From the NCBI GenBank assembly GCA_964016885.1, contig OZ024755.1, positions 33,480,001-33,544,000 of the forward strand: a stretch of DNA of 64,000 nt. Reading direction: 5' to 3'. This document shows positions 50,925 to 64,000 of the stretch, piece after piece. The notes below the pieces were generated by a model that saw only the letters and a program-made list of their open reading frames with translations, did no database searches and was not told where the DNA came from. Position 1 is the first letter of the stretch. Each line of letters opens with the position of its first letter. The stretch is from Eledone cirrhosa. Taxonomy: Eukaryota. Both the position numbers and the translations under genes were made by a program.

Positions 50925-51140
50925 TATGTAAAAGGTAAACAGAAATAACAAAAACAACAAAACAGATGGCACAGTACAAGGAAGTAATATATTAGTTCAA
51001 CGCTTGAAATAGCAGGAAGAGAGTCTTAACGTTTTGGACACTAGTCCTTCATCAGAAGAGAGAATTAGAAATAGAAGACAAATACAAAGTAAAAAGAGAT
51101 AAGAGGAAAACATTGCGGAGGAAAACAAAACATCTGCGTG
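50925..51140 (-). mobile_element. Penelope-like 3' fragment with decayed minimal hammerhead (51024-51059)
   Basis: Minus strand: tctt-CTGATGA-aggac-tagt-gtcc-(G>A)AAA-cgtt-aaga. Confidence 0.6.
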
Positions 51141-51179
51141 TTCAGTCAGCCATATACATGTATGTGTGTGTATATCACC

Positions 51180-51620
51180 ATCATCATCATCATTTTATGT
51201 ACGCTTTTCCCTGCTCGCAAGGGTTGGACGGGTCCTATTCAGCACAGCATCTCTCCACTTGTCAAGGTCCTTCGTCATATGCTCGGTAAGTTTCAGCGAC
51301 CTGAGGTCTGCTATCACCATCTCCGCCCATGTTATTCGTGGTCTACCTCTACTGTGTTTTCCTCCACTGGGACTTCCTGGCACTTCTTCACCCATCGGTC
51401 ATCCTCCATGTGCATCACATGTCCATACCATCTCAGCCTTCTCTCCTGCACACCACAACTTATCCCCCTTATACCCAATTTCTTTCGCAACTCGTCTATG
51501 TTCGGTCGTTCACGCACATTGACATTGCACATCCAACGGAGCATGCTTGCTTCATTTCTCTCCAGCTGTCGCATATCTTCTGCAGTTGCTGCCCATGTCT
51601 CACTACCGTGCAGCATCGCG
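51180..51620 (-). mobile_element. RTE LINE 3' end, short-UTR subfamily (a second 3' tip at 50811-50915, +)
   Basis: MLHGSETWA...RRLRWYGHVM...RGRPRITW...ASREKRT* then (TGA)n. Confidence 0.9.
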
Positions 51621-51921
51621 CATCTCGGCTTTTTTTATAAACAGCAGAGAATTTGAAAATTAGATAATCAAAAATACAGCGGAATCTCTATTTCACTAAG
51701 TAAATTAATCTAATAGTTATAGTTATAAAAACCCCAGATTGAAAAAAGTATGAGCCTTGACTTACACGGGACACAAACTCACATCTTTAGCTATCAGGAC
51801 CACTGTGTTAACCATTACACCAATACGTATTGGAAGATGGACATTAAATGATGTCCATCTTCCAATACATATTAGTGTAATGGTTAAACGACATTAAACG
51901 ATGATGATGATGATATATATA

Positions 51922-52329
51922 TGGTGGCTGCCAACTCGTTTTCGAGTACGGCCACTACTTTATATCCATGTAGGAGAACCCCTACCGATGTGCTGAACGA
52001 GTGTGACTTTTTAGTCCAGCCAGCGACTTGAAAACTCTGGTACAAACACTACACTTGTGACAATTACTGACACATAGTGCTGGGCCCATGGTACCATGTG
52101 ATGGTAAGTGCAGAGAGATCTCCAGATATAAAGCAATGCCTGTGCCGTGAAGCTTTTATAGTGAGCAAAGGCACTGCACAAAGCCAGTCCCACTCTCTTA
52201 ACCAAGATGATATTTACCAAAAAGAAGAACAAGTCAACATCATTGGATACCATCAGGGTTGCAGGTGTTATATCAGTGTTTTCCTTCTCCTAGAATTCTG
52301 CCTTGACAAAGGCTAAGGGGTCATCTCTC
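51922..52329 (-). mobile_element. 408-bp unclassified non-autonomous element (copy 2)
   Basis: Inverted near-copy of 41285-41692. Confidence 0.75.
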
Positions 52330-52335
52330 CCGGAT

Positions 52336-52374
<39 letters not shown>

Positions 52375-53229
52375 CTAATTCATAATATACAGTTACAATG
52401 ATATACTGTTTCTCACACTTTCACTTAAACTGTATTAAAAATGCCCCTGAATTGTCAATGTGAGCTGGTAGAGTCAATGGCAGTATCGGTAGAGAGTTAC
52501 GGTCCTTGCCATTCTGAGTTCAAATCCCGCCGAGGTTGACTTTGCCTTTCATCCTTACGGGGGTCGATAAAATAAAGTACCAGTAATGCACTGGGGTAAT
52601 TGCTGGCCTTGTGCCAAAAGTAGAAACAATTATGTAAATTAAGCACATGACCAGCACATTTTGGGTTACTCTATTACTTTATTATGTGCTTAGGCTGACT
52701 GGCTGAGGCCATGCTGGGACACCGCCATTGGACAAAGTTGCTTAAATCAAACTAAGTACTTTTATCAACCCTGGAAAGAAAGATGAAAGGCAAAGATGAA
52801 AGGCAAAGTTGACCTCACCCGGGTTTTGAACTCAAATTGTAATGAACAACAACCACAATGGCATTTTATCAAATACCAAATACTCTCCCAATCCTAACAC
52901 TCCACCATCCTTCTTGTTATGTAATATCAAAATGAAAAATGTCTTTGAAATAACAGTTTGGTTTGTATTCTGCTTGTTAGAATCAAAATACCTTGCTTGT
53001 CAAAGTAGAACAAAGCTTCAAGAAGAACAATAAATAATTGACCTTATGGAAATTCCGTGGTTTAATTAGAAACAACCACCGCTAAATATTAAAGATCAAT
53101 ATGGCATTTTAAGTGTTTTATTCATAAATAATATATGCAGAACTTCATTACATGAATAGAATAAATTAACAAATGTCTGAAACTCCTAAAATGGAATATT
53201 TTACTCATTTATAATTTGGGAATAATATA

Positions 53230-53590
53230 TTTCATACAACATAGGTTTAAAATAATGGTTTTTACATTTGGCACAAGGCCAGTAAATTTCACGGTAAAGG
53301 ATTTATCTCACATAATATCAAATCTATGAGATTTGGATGCTATTTATTTTGAGAACATTACCTTAACTTCACTCTGAGTGGCCAGTGTAAAATGGAATAT
53401 TTTACTCATTTATAATTTGGGAATAAACAATATATTTCAGTCCCACACTGTAAATGTGGTTGGTGTTAGGAAGGGCATCCAGCTGTAGAAAACCCGCCAG
53501 ACAGTCCTATGCGAGCAAGACAACCACTCTTGCCTCAAGTGGGAAAACTCCCGTCCAAACCCATGCAAGCGTGGAACATGGACGTTAAAC

Positions 53591-53625
<35 letters not shown>

Positions 53626-54227
53626 CATACAACATAGTTTAAAATAATGGTTTCTACATTGGACACAAGGCCAGCAAATTTGGGAGAGGGGAAAGTCGAT
53701 TACGTCGACCCCAGTATTACTGGTGCTTTAATTTTAGCTCGGTGCTCGATATATTTAGTAGACAGGTATGTAGACATATGTAGATAGGTAGGGAGGCAGG
53801 AAGGTCGGTAGCCATATGTCTATAGACAAATTCATACAGAGAGATAGAACTTAACTAGAAAAGTACGTATGTATATACTTTTATCAACCTTGTAAGGATG
53901 AAAGGCAAAATTAATCTTGGCGGGATTTGAACACACAACATAAAGGGCCATAACTTTATGCTGCGAAACATGCAGTCCGACACTCTACCGATACTGTCAA
54001 TCCACTGCATAGGTTTAAAATAATTGTTTCTACTTTTGGCACAAGGCCAGCAATTACCCAGTGTATTACTGGTACTTTATTTTATCAACCCCGTAAGGAT
54101 GAAAGGCAAAGTTAACCTAGGCGGGATTTGAACTCAGAATGGCAAGGGCTGTAACTCTATGCATCAAAGCATGGCGTCCGACCCTCTACCGATATTGCCA
54201 ATCAACCACCCATAGGTTTAAAATAAT
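53230..54227 (-). mobile_element. stack of Deu/Nin SINEs with nested MITE and RTE-tail fragments
   Basis: catag(g)tttaaaataat recurs four times between SINE copies. Confidence 0.7.
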
Positions 54228-56779
54228 ATGTTATGATCATCTCTGCTGCCTCTCTCTTTCTCACATTCTCACACACTCTTACCATCCCCTTTCTACATCA
54301 TGGCCGACATTTTACACTACATGTAATATATTGTTAGCATTTTAATAAAAATACTAATGGTAGAAGGGTGTGAATTAACTAAAGAATTATAACAACTAAT
54401 TTGTTGGTTCACATTATTTTTATTACTATTGTTATTACATTTTTCTTTCTAATTCGACAAACAAATTACTTTGATGCTAACAATCAGACAACTAACTAGA
54501 TACAGAGTTCAAACAGGTTACTTTTGTTATGTTTTTTTTTTAAATATTACAGTAAAAATACCTGACAGCAAACTTTCTTATGTCAGAGTAAAAATATATA
54601 GCAAATTTTCTTGCCACAAAAGTTAACAACTGGTTCTCTTTAAAGTAAAATTCATCTAAGAACTAGTTTGTGTTAATTAGTGAGTAATTCTGTAATACGA
54701 TGATGGGGTACTATTAGAATGGAAATTACTTCATTGTAAGAGTGATTTATCATTCAATGTTATCATTCAATGTTATCATTATCAAGAAAATTACCAGATA
54801 ATATTCAGTGTTGAGATAATGATGATAGAAGATATAGAAGAGCTCGTGTCATATCACTTCTATTATACCCCAACACAGTAACTGATACTGATGCAAGCAT
54901 CTTGGCAGATGTTACAGCCTGACTGGAGGTCATAGTTCATATAACAAACATAATTGCTTCTGAAATATTTTATGTTTCTTCTGCATTGCCCCACAATTGA
55001 ATATGTATTTATTTATTCAATTTAAACATCCGTATAGAGCCAGTAAGCCATGACATACTAGAGGAAGTATTGAGTACCCCTTACAGTTGGTAATCAAAAA
55101 GAGCTAGTGAGACAAGTAATAAAAGAAACCTGAAAAAAAAAATAAAAATAAAAATAAAATTTCAAATATTGAAGGCAGATTATACCTAAGAAAACTAAAA
55201 AGAAAAGAGAAAACAAGGTAAACTGAATAACAGCTAGACGTTTCTGTTACATAATGATAATACTAATACCAATAGTAAATTTTCTTAGCTATTATTTATA
55301 GCAATCAACTTTAGTTAGTTATTTACTGCATTTGGAATTCCTACATTTTCGAAGAATTTCAAAACTACCCAATGCTTCAACAGTTTACACATATAGCTTT
55401 CTATTTTGGATGGAAGCATTTATCAGAGGTCACTAAGCTCAATAATTAGAGCATTCAGCCAGAATTTGAGGGATATGGAACTTGATTATTCATAGTAGTT
55501 GTTGGCCACTGTTTTCTATCCACAGTGGTAGTTTACCCAACTTTCTAAGCTATCATTTATAGCCATCGATTGTGATTACAGTTATTTTCTGCATTTGGGT
55601 ATTCCTACAGTATCACTAAATTTTGTATTTAAATTATACAGAATTCTTGCCAGAAATATGCTTTTACAATGATAATGAATAATAAAATATAAATGGCAAC
55701 TCCATTCCTTCCTCTCTCGATTGCATGGAAATGCAAAAGTCAGGAGCGCTGCACATGACCTCACATTATCTTACTTCATCGTTTCCAGTTCTATCTAATG
55801 ATCACTTCACTCCCTTAATTTCCAACACTTCCACCAGAATACTTAGCCACTCTTACTGTACATTTTATGCACAGTTGTTGACTGGAGATAACAATAGTTT
55901 CAATGCCCTCCCACAGTATCACTCTCACCAGTTGTTTCAAGCAGCACTGATGCTACCAGGATATGTTTGAGGCCTCTTGGCTTACAGATTTGCAATCTGT
56001 TTCCCTCTATTATCCATGTAATAGCTACAACAATCTGAGTACAATCCAAGTGTAGCTGTAACTACTCCAACCATACAGTAACTAGTTAAATTTAATACAT
56101 CTTGTGGATTTATTCTTTGCTCTCAGCTTTGCTCTTTCTTGTACATATACCTACAATGTATTTTTAATAAATCGCTTTCTGGTTTTCTCTACAGTTCTTA
56201 AATCATTGCTTTACTGTTCTTCTTAAGTTAAGTATCAATCAAACAGAACAGAGTAGATCTATTTATAAACCCACAACATCCCACCTCGACCAGATGCACT
56301 TTCCATTGCCATCTTGGAGTCTCACAAGATTCTCTAAGTCCTCTTTACTTTGAGCCTTTCCTTTATTGTACTCACTCCATATTGTCTTCCCAAGACACCA
56401 TCACTTCAACAACCAAACCATGTCATAGGTCACAGTATCACATCTTGGGAGCTATTATGGCATGTTAAATTTTGAGATTAATATCTGACTTTTGGATATT
56501 AAGTTAGATGAAATACTGGAAAAAGGGGGAAGTATATCCTCCCATCAGAATATAGATTACTAAACCTATTCAGTTATTAGGAAACCACTGAAAGTGATTG
56601 TTTTTATATAACAAACCATCATCATCACCGTTTTATATCCATTCTTCCACACTAGCATGGGTTAGACGAGTTGCCCTGTTGTGGACAATGCTAGGTCAGG
56701 TGACCATGTCTTGCTCATACAGAACTGATTCTGGCTTGGTTTCTACAGCTGGATGCCTTTCCTAACACCAACCTCATTT

Positions 56780-57000
56780 CCTGGGTGCTTTTTGTCATGA
56801 CACCTACACGACCACTTTCCAGTGAGTACTGAGTGCTTTTTGTTGTGTCACCTACACGACCACTTTCCAGTGAGTACTGGGTGCTTTTTGTTGTGACACC
56901 CACACGACCACTTTCCAGTGAGCACTGGGTGCTTTTTGTTGTGACACCTACACGACCACTTTCCAGTGAGTACTGGGTGCTTTTTGTTGTGACACCTACA
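56780..57000. repeat. 48-bp minisatellite x4-5 in an RTE-type tail
   Basis: Homologous to the 47043 unit with different variants. Confidence 0.9.
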
Positions 57001-58944
57001 CACCTACGGTGCCTAACCCGGTTTTATAGCATGACACAACTCAGAATACAAGACTTCCCCCTGGCTAGGATGCCAGTCCATCGCAGGGTTAAACCCCCAG
57101 CTGAGTATACTGGAGCAATGTGAAATGAAGTGTTTTGCTCCAGAACACAACATGCAACACAGCCCAGGAATCGAACCCACAATATTATGATCCTAACACC
57201 CTAACTCCAACACCTTTACCACTAAAAAACAAGAAAAATACAAATTAAAATAGCAGCCTTCTGGTTGGTACCCTTTTGAGTCAAGCATCCTATCAACATA
57301 ATAGAACGAATATATAAGTTTTTCTTAAACGATCAGACTGAAATGATTAATAGTACTTTTTAAAATATCTTGTAATATATCACTTAATTTATTTAGCTTT
57401 TGAATCTGGTAGAGTTCCACTGAGAACAGAGTTTGCTATTGAGATAACATACTAAGAGCAATATTCTGCTTCTATCAGAATGTAGCAGTGACAATTGCTA
57501 CTTCCTTTCATCTAACATAATAAGTTACACCTGAAATGTTCAGCTAAGTATATATCTTGATTAATTCTTCAACAGAGTCTAAATCCTGAAACGTCATCTG
57601 TTCCATCACAGAATGAACCTACATAAGCACTATGACATGTAAGTAATAAAACCTATAAATGTACAATAGGAAGGAATGTGTCTAAGTTAATTTATTTAAT
57701 GTATTCATATGATAAAGTTTCAATAATCAATATTTTGCTGAGTAGTTATATAGACATAATGCTTGAAAAGAACTTTCGTACGGACATTGTTTAAAAAGAA
57801 AATAGCCATAAATGAAAATTCTGCAACTTTTCTTTAAATTTCCAAACTAAAACATCTCAAATATTTTGATGTACTTGCTGCATTATATCTCTCAAGATAC
57901 CAATTAGACTAGAAAAGGCTACAATAAAAGAACACCAGAAAAATATTTCCTTATAGCTTCCTTTCTCCTTTAACTAGACATCACTTCTTTGTGAAGTCAT
58001 CTTTTTGAGAATGTCTTATTGCATTATCCATAATTCCATTAGTTCTTGAAAACAGGTCAATAATATCGGACTTAAAGCAGGCTTTCAGATATGACACTGT
58101 AAGTTGAAATTAAACAATGCCTGATCTAAATCACCATTTAAAAGCCACTTATCAACAATATCATCAACAGACAAAAACCTTCTCACACTTGGCTAAGGTC
58201 TTCTTGTAATGCTTCATTTGCTGATCATTCTTATTCTTAATTTGCATACAAGTTTCAATATTGTTATCAGAGAAACCTTCACTGATATTTTTTCTTCTTT
58301 TTACGTAAAACTTCTCAGAATATTGCTTTAGAGATAACATTAAAAAATGCAACTAACAAAATTCTTTTTAACAATAACTACAGCAAAATGTTTCGTTTAA
58401 AAGAAAAAAACAAATAAACTTTATAAAACTATAAAAAAAAAATAGTTCTTGAGATAACATACCTGCAGCAACTTTCTTTTAAATTGAACAGTTATTTTTT
58501 ATATCATATAACCGTTGGTTTCAAGTGTATTGATTTTAAATATTTGCATATGATAAATAGGAATTCTTTAATCTTTTATGAATCCTTTTGAAGCTAGAAC
58601 ATTACTTTAGAAAATTAAGAAAGTTAATTACATAGAAAAATGATCCTATTTCCCCTCAACAAGAGCTGGAGATGTTAGGGGGTTTTATGTTTCTCTTTAG
58701 TTTATATTATCTAAGAGATTAACAAGTGGAATATAATGTCACAACATAATAACAAAGAATACCTAATTTAATTGTGAAGCCTTATAGCTTAAATAATAGA
58801 AAAATGGAAGAGATGATACTTGTGGTGCAACCATAATCAAAGTAAACAACGCTGGATGAGTTCACTCCTAAGTCTTTACTGTAAACAATGAGCACTCAAT
58901 GAAATTCAGATGAAGCTGTAACATAGAGGTCTAAAAAGTCTAAG

Positions 58945-59475
58945 CCTAAAGTCTGTCTTAAGCCACTTAAGGCTCGTTAGACTGGTGCTTATCTCAGTTT
59001 CATGGTGCGAAGTGGCTGAGAGTACAAGACTCCCCTCCGGGAAAAGACACCAGTCCATCACAGGGTTAAGCCCCTCAGCTATTACTGGTACCCATTTTCA
59101 GCTGAGTATACTGGAGCAACTTGAAATGAAGTGTTTGAGAGTACAAGACTCCCCCTCCTGGAAAAGACACCAGTCCATCACAGGGTTAAACCTCCCAGCT
59201 ATTACTGGTACCTATTTTCAGCTGAGTATACTGGAGCAACTTTAAATGAAGTGTTTGAGAGTACAAGACTCCCCCTCCTGGAAAAGACACCAGTCCATCA
59301 CAGGGTTAAACCTCCCAGCTATTACTGGTACTCATTTTCAGCTGAGTATACTGGAGCAACTTGAAATGAAGTGTTTGAGAGTACAAGACTCCCCCTCCTG
59401 GAAAAGACACCAGTCCATCACAGGGTTAAACCTCCCAGCTATTACTGGTACTCATTTTCAGCTGAGTATACTCGA
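58945..59475 (-). repeat. SINE (27225-type) with internal 120-bp unit x4
   Basis: gaaaagacac at 59041, 59161, 59281 and 59401. Confidence 0.9.
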
Positions 59476-59479
59476 GCTT

Positions 59480-59780
59480 AGGCCTTGAATGAAGATATGC
59501 AGTGGTTAAAATGAAATAAAGAATGCCTGCTAAGATGGATATGTAATGTTGCTGTATGTGGAAGACAGAGAACAAGTTAGCTGAATGAAAAGATGAGTAT
59601 AAGAGGAATTGAATGTAGCAAGCATGAGAGATGATTATAACATGTAGTGCACTTGAAGTATAGGAAAAGAGGGAGGCCCAAAGGAGACATGGGAGGATTT
59701 TGTGGAAAATGACCTGAAGAAAGTCAGCCTCACAAAGGACATGACATAGTACCAAGCTGACTGGTGATACAAGCAGTGCA
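59480..59780 (+). mobile_element. decayed RTE LINE 3' remnant
   Basis: EDMQWLK*NKECLLRWICNV...LNEKMSIRGI. Confidence 0.6.
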
Positions 59781-60302
59781 ACCTGAAATATAAATGTGAG
59801 TGACTGGGGCTACAGTGTTGGCAATCAGAGGTAAGTAAAAAGCTCTCTATTGCTTAAATGCCTTTCCTAATGCCAACCACTTTACAGAGTGTACTAGGTG
59901 TGTTTCTTAGAAGCACAAGCACTAACACTTTACAGGGTGTACTTGGATTATCACAGTCGAATGCGGAACATATGAGTCCATATATATATCCTTGTCGATT
60001 AACGTCTATCTTCCACGCTAGCATGGGTTAGACGGATTTGTCCCAATTAGAGGCAAGTTGGGTTGGGTGACTGTGTCTCACTCATATAGGAGAGTTTCTG
60101 GTTGGTTTTCTATGGCTGGATGCACTTCCTAACACCAACCACGTTTACAGTGTGTGATGGGTGTTTTTTGCTGTCTTTTACACGTCCACTTTATAGTATG
60201 GGCTGGGTGTTTGGGGGCTGGTTTTCTATGGCTGGATGCCCTTCCTAACACCAACCACATTTACAGTGTGTGCTGGGTACTTTTATATATATATGAATAT
60301 AG

Positions 60303-60700
60303 TGGAGGCATATGGCTTAGTGGTTAGAGCATTGGGCTTGCAATCGAAAGGTTGTGAGTTCAATTCTCAGACCGGATGATGTGTTGTTTCCTTGAGCAAG
60401 ACACTTTATTTCACATTGCTCCAGTTTACTCAGCTGTAGAAATGAGATGATAGGACTGGAGTCCCTATCATTCCACTGCAAAGTGGTTGTGGAGGTACCA
60501 CAGCAAAAAAGCAATGAGCCCACACTGTAAAGTGGACGTGTAGGTGTCATGGAAAAAAAAAGCACCCAGCACTCACTGTAAATGAGGTTGGTGTTAGGAA
60601 GGGCATCCAGCTGTAGAAATCAAGCCAGAATCAGTTCCCGTCCCATCCTTGCAAGCAGGGAAAAGTGGATGTAAAATGATGATGATTATGATGATGATGA
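60303..60700 (+). mobile_element. Meta/RTE-tail SINE, full length
   Basis: Same family as 8898-9279. Confidence 0.85.
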
Positions 60701-61156
60701 ATAATTTTTTATCAGAAGAAACAGCAGATATTTCCGAGATAAATGTATTGAAGACCAAGTATGGATATAGAGATATAAAAAGGCATAAGAAAAGTGGGAT
60801 GAAAAGCAATGAACCTACATCAAGATGGTAAATCCCAGTTATTAAAGCCTATACAAATCTGTTTTGAACCAAAATGAAATAATGCAGCTTACCATTATTA
60901 GAAAAAAGACATTGTTAAGATGTAAGGTTCTCCTCAGTAGGCAACATCTTATTATTCATACATAGCTCTAGCTGTCAGTCATGCAGTTGAAATTATAACT
61001 GTGAAAGCTCATGTGTTATAACAACTAAGTGGATGGAAACAGGCAGGCTAACAGAAACGCTAAAAATAGCTCCTCATTATATGTATTATATATATATGTG
61101 GTTTTTCTCGTTATATATATATATATATATATATGACGACTTTACAATGTGGACTG

Positions 61157-61217
<61 letters not shown>

Positions 61218-61490
61218 TATTGTAAAGTGGTCATGTAGATGTCATGACAAAAAGCACCTAGCACACACTGTAAATGTGATTGGCATTAGAAAGGGCATCC
61301 AATCATAGAAACCAAGCTAATATCAGTTGTGTGAGCCAAACACTGTCCCCTGCCCTGATCACTGACAAAGGAAGAGACCGCCCTAGCGTAGAACATGAAC
61401 ATATGGACATTAACAATAATGGTGATGATATCATCATCATCATCATCATCATCATTTTACGTCCACTTTTCCCTGCTTGCAAGGGTGGGA

Positions 61491-61538
<48 letters not shown>

Positions 61539-61540
<2 letters not shown>

Positions 61541-61738
61541 CAAAGAATGTGTGGTAAGAAACTAGGTGGACCATAACACACCAGAGTACTCAATACTTAG
61601 GGTTGTAGAGTGGGTAATTGGAAAAGAGTCAGGACCCCGACGGCTGAGCTCCGGCCGTTTCGACAGCTAGATCCGATTAGTTCAGATTTAGCTGTCGAAA
61701 CAGCCAGAGCTCAGCTGTCGGGGTCCCGACTCTTTTCC

Positions 61739-61740
<2 letters not shown>
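61539..61740 (-). mobile_element. fold-back cassette with hammerhead 3' half (family of 7335-7504)
   Basis: Arms ~61620-61676 / 61682-61738 read gtc-GAAA-cRgcc.gagctcagcY-GTC^-gggg; tail 61539-61619; (TA)n flanks. Confidence 0.75.
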
Positions 61741-61800
<60 letters not shown>

Positions 61801-62041
61801 CAGCGTTCTGAGTTCAAATCCCGCTGAGGTTAACTTTGCCTTTTATCCTTACAGGGTCACTACAATAAAGTACCAGTAATGCACTGGGGCAGATTTAATA
61901 GACACGTGGCCTTGTGCCTATAGTAGAAACCCTTATTATAATCATTGTTGCTGTTATTGGAGTGGCTGATATTGTTTACTAATGGAGTTGTTTGCTAGCT
62001 CTATACATCAAAGAATAACAATTGCACCCTTTAACTTTAGC

Positions 62042-63515
62042 TTAACCCTTTAGCATTCACATTACTCTATATATACTATTGTATTTTCATGGTAAAGGCT
62101 TTACCTCACATAATATCTCACATAACATTTACATTACTCTACATATATATATATATACTATTGTATTTTCATGGTAAAGGCTTTACCTCACATAATATCT
62201 CACATAACATTCACATTACTCTATATATACTATTGTATTTTCATGGTAAAGGCTTTACCTCACATAATATCTCACATAATATCACACATTACTCTATATA
62301 TACTATTGTATTTCCATGGTAAAGGCTTTACCTCACATAATATCTCACATAACATTCACATTACTCTATATATACTATTGTATTTTCATGGTAAAAGCTT
62401 TACTTCACATAATATCTCACATAACATTCACATTACTCTATATATACTATTGTATTTCCATGGTAAAGGCTTTACCTCACATAACATTCACATTACTCTA
62501 TATATACTATTGTATTTTCATGGTAAAGGCTTTACCTCACATAAAATCTCACATAACATTCACATTACTCTATATATACTATTGTATTTTCACAGTAAAG
62601 GCTTTACCTCACATAATATCTCACATAGCATTTACATTACTCTATATATATATATATACTAGTGTATTTCCACAGTAAAGGCTTTACCTCACATAATTAT
62701 CTCACATAACATTTACATTACTCTATATATACTATTGTATTTTCACAGTAAAGGCTTTACCTCACATAATATCTCACATAACATTTACATTACTCTATAT
62801 ATACTATTGTATTTTCACAGTAAAGGCTTTACCTCACATAATATCTCACATAACATTTACATTACTCTATATATACTATTGTATTTTCACAGTAAAGGCT
62901 TTACCTCACATAATATCTCACATAGCATTTACATTACTCTATATATATATATATACTAGTGTATTTCCACAGTAAAGGCTTTACCTCACATAATATCTCA
63001 CATAACATTCACATTACTCTATATATACTATTGTATTTTCATGGTAAAAGCTTTACTTCACATAATATCTCACATAACATTCACATTACTCTATATATAC
63101 TATTGTATTTCCATGGTAAAGGCTTTACCTCACATAACATTCACATTACTCTATATATACTATTGTATTTTCATGGTAAAGGCTTTACCTCACATAATAT
63201 CTCACATAGCATTTACATTACTCTATATATATATATATACTAGTGTATTTCCACAGTAAAGGCTTTACCTCACATAATATCTCACATAACAGTTACATTA
63301 CTCTATATATACTATTGTATTTTCACAGTAAAAGCTTTACCTCACATAATATCTCACATAATATCGAATCTACAAGATTTTGAAAGTACTTATTTTGAGA
63401 ACAATATCTTAACATCAGTTTGAGTGGCCAGTTACAGCCAGTTTGAACAGAAAGAGGTGAGAGAATTCTGGCCGGTTCTGGCCAGTTTTGGCCGGTTCGA
63501 ACATTAAAGGATTAA
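62042..63515 (+). mobile_element. TTAA MITE with ~1.3-kb 72/60-bp minisatellite expansion
   Basis: Left TIR at 62042, array to ~63360, MITE right half and degenerate TIR ending 63515. Confidence 0.85.
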
Positions 63516-63830
63516 TGGAATGTATGTAAAACAATTGGGGGAAGATCTAATTGAATATCAACGCTTTCTCTTAAAATAGACTTGCTCTTCTCGGCTTAAT
63601 AAAACACATTGGATATCTTTAGGGAATATCTACCCCATTCCAGAAAGATTCTAACTAGATAAATGTTGCTAAAGATTCAAACATTCCCCAACTGCGTTCC
63701 CCACCACCATCTTCATAGCCATTGTTGGTGTTGACTGTGTTGTTGTCGTTGTTGCTGTTGTCATTATTGCTGTTGTCATTCATTGTTGTTGATATCCTCC
63801 TCCTCCTCTTCTTCATTAGCATTATTATGA

Positions 63831-64000
63831 GGGCGCTGGATTGGCAGTATCGGTGTAGAGGGTCGGACGCCATGCTTTGCAGCACAGAGTTACGGCCCCT
63901 TGCCATTCTGAGTTCAAATCCCGCCGAGGTTGACTTTGCTTTTCATCCTTACGGGGTCGATAAAATAAAGTACCAGTAATGTATTGAGGGTAATTGCTGG
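63831..64000 (+). mobile_element. Deu/Nin SINE running off the window edge
   Basis: Family consensus. Confidence 0.85.

Noticed and set aside
48464-50979. Many YI/HT/CV-rich ORFs (also 7039-7385, 31310-31999, 62089-63259)
   Set aside because: Microsatellite or minisatellite artefacts.

Overview
This is AT-rich, repeat-dense animal DNA. The SINE/LINE content and (TA)n load suggest a cephalopod (octopus-like) genome, which is an inference. I find no intact host gene; the only host-protein signal is a decayed, apparently intronless TM9SF1 fragment (~18.3-18.7 kb, minus strand). The rest is transposon debris: tRNA-derived SINEs (a Deu/Nin-core type and a Meta-core type with an RTE tail), RTE, CR1, R4/Dong-like and CRE-like LINE remnants, a deleted Tc1/mariner (maT-like) element, a TTAA-flanked MITE family, two Penelope-like GIY-YIG (Naiad-type) retroelements, and many TE-seeded minisatellites. 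The most notable pattern is a set of at least eight small fold-back cassettes from about six sequence families, each embedded in (TA)n. They share the layout (TA)n - inverted arm - direct arm - unpaired 64-160 nt tail - (TA)n. They carry whole or half minimal type-I hammerhead ribozymes and a shared GAGYRCT-like motif in the tail, and they often fold back at ribozyme stem II. A 462-bp ribozyme-bearing unit with a terminal direct repeat (retrozyme-like or solo pLTR) lies at 43.2-43.7 kb. All coordinates were read by eye, so ends of degraded elements are approximate.
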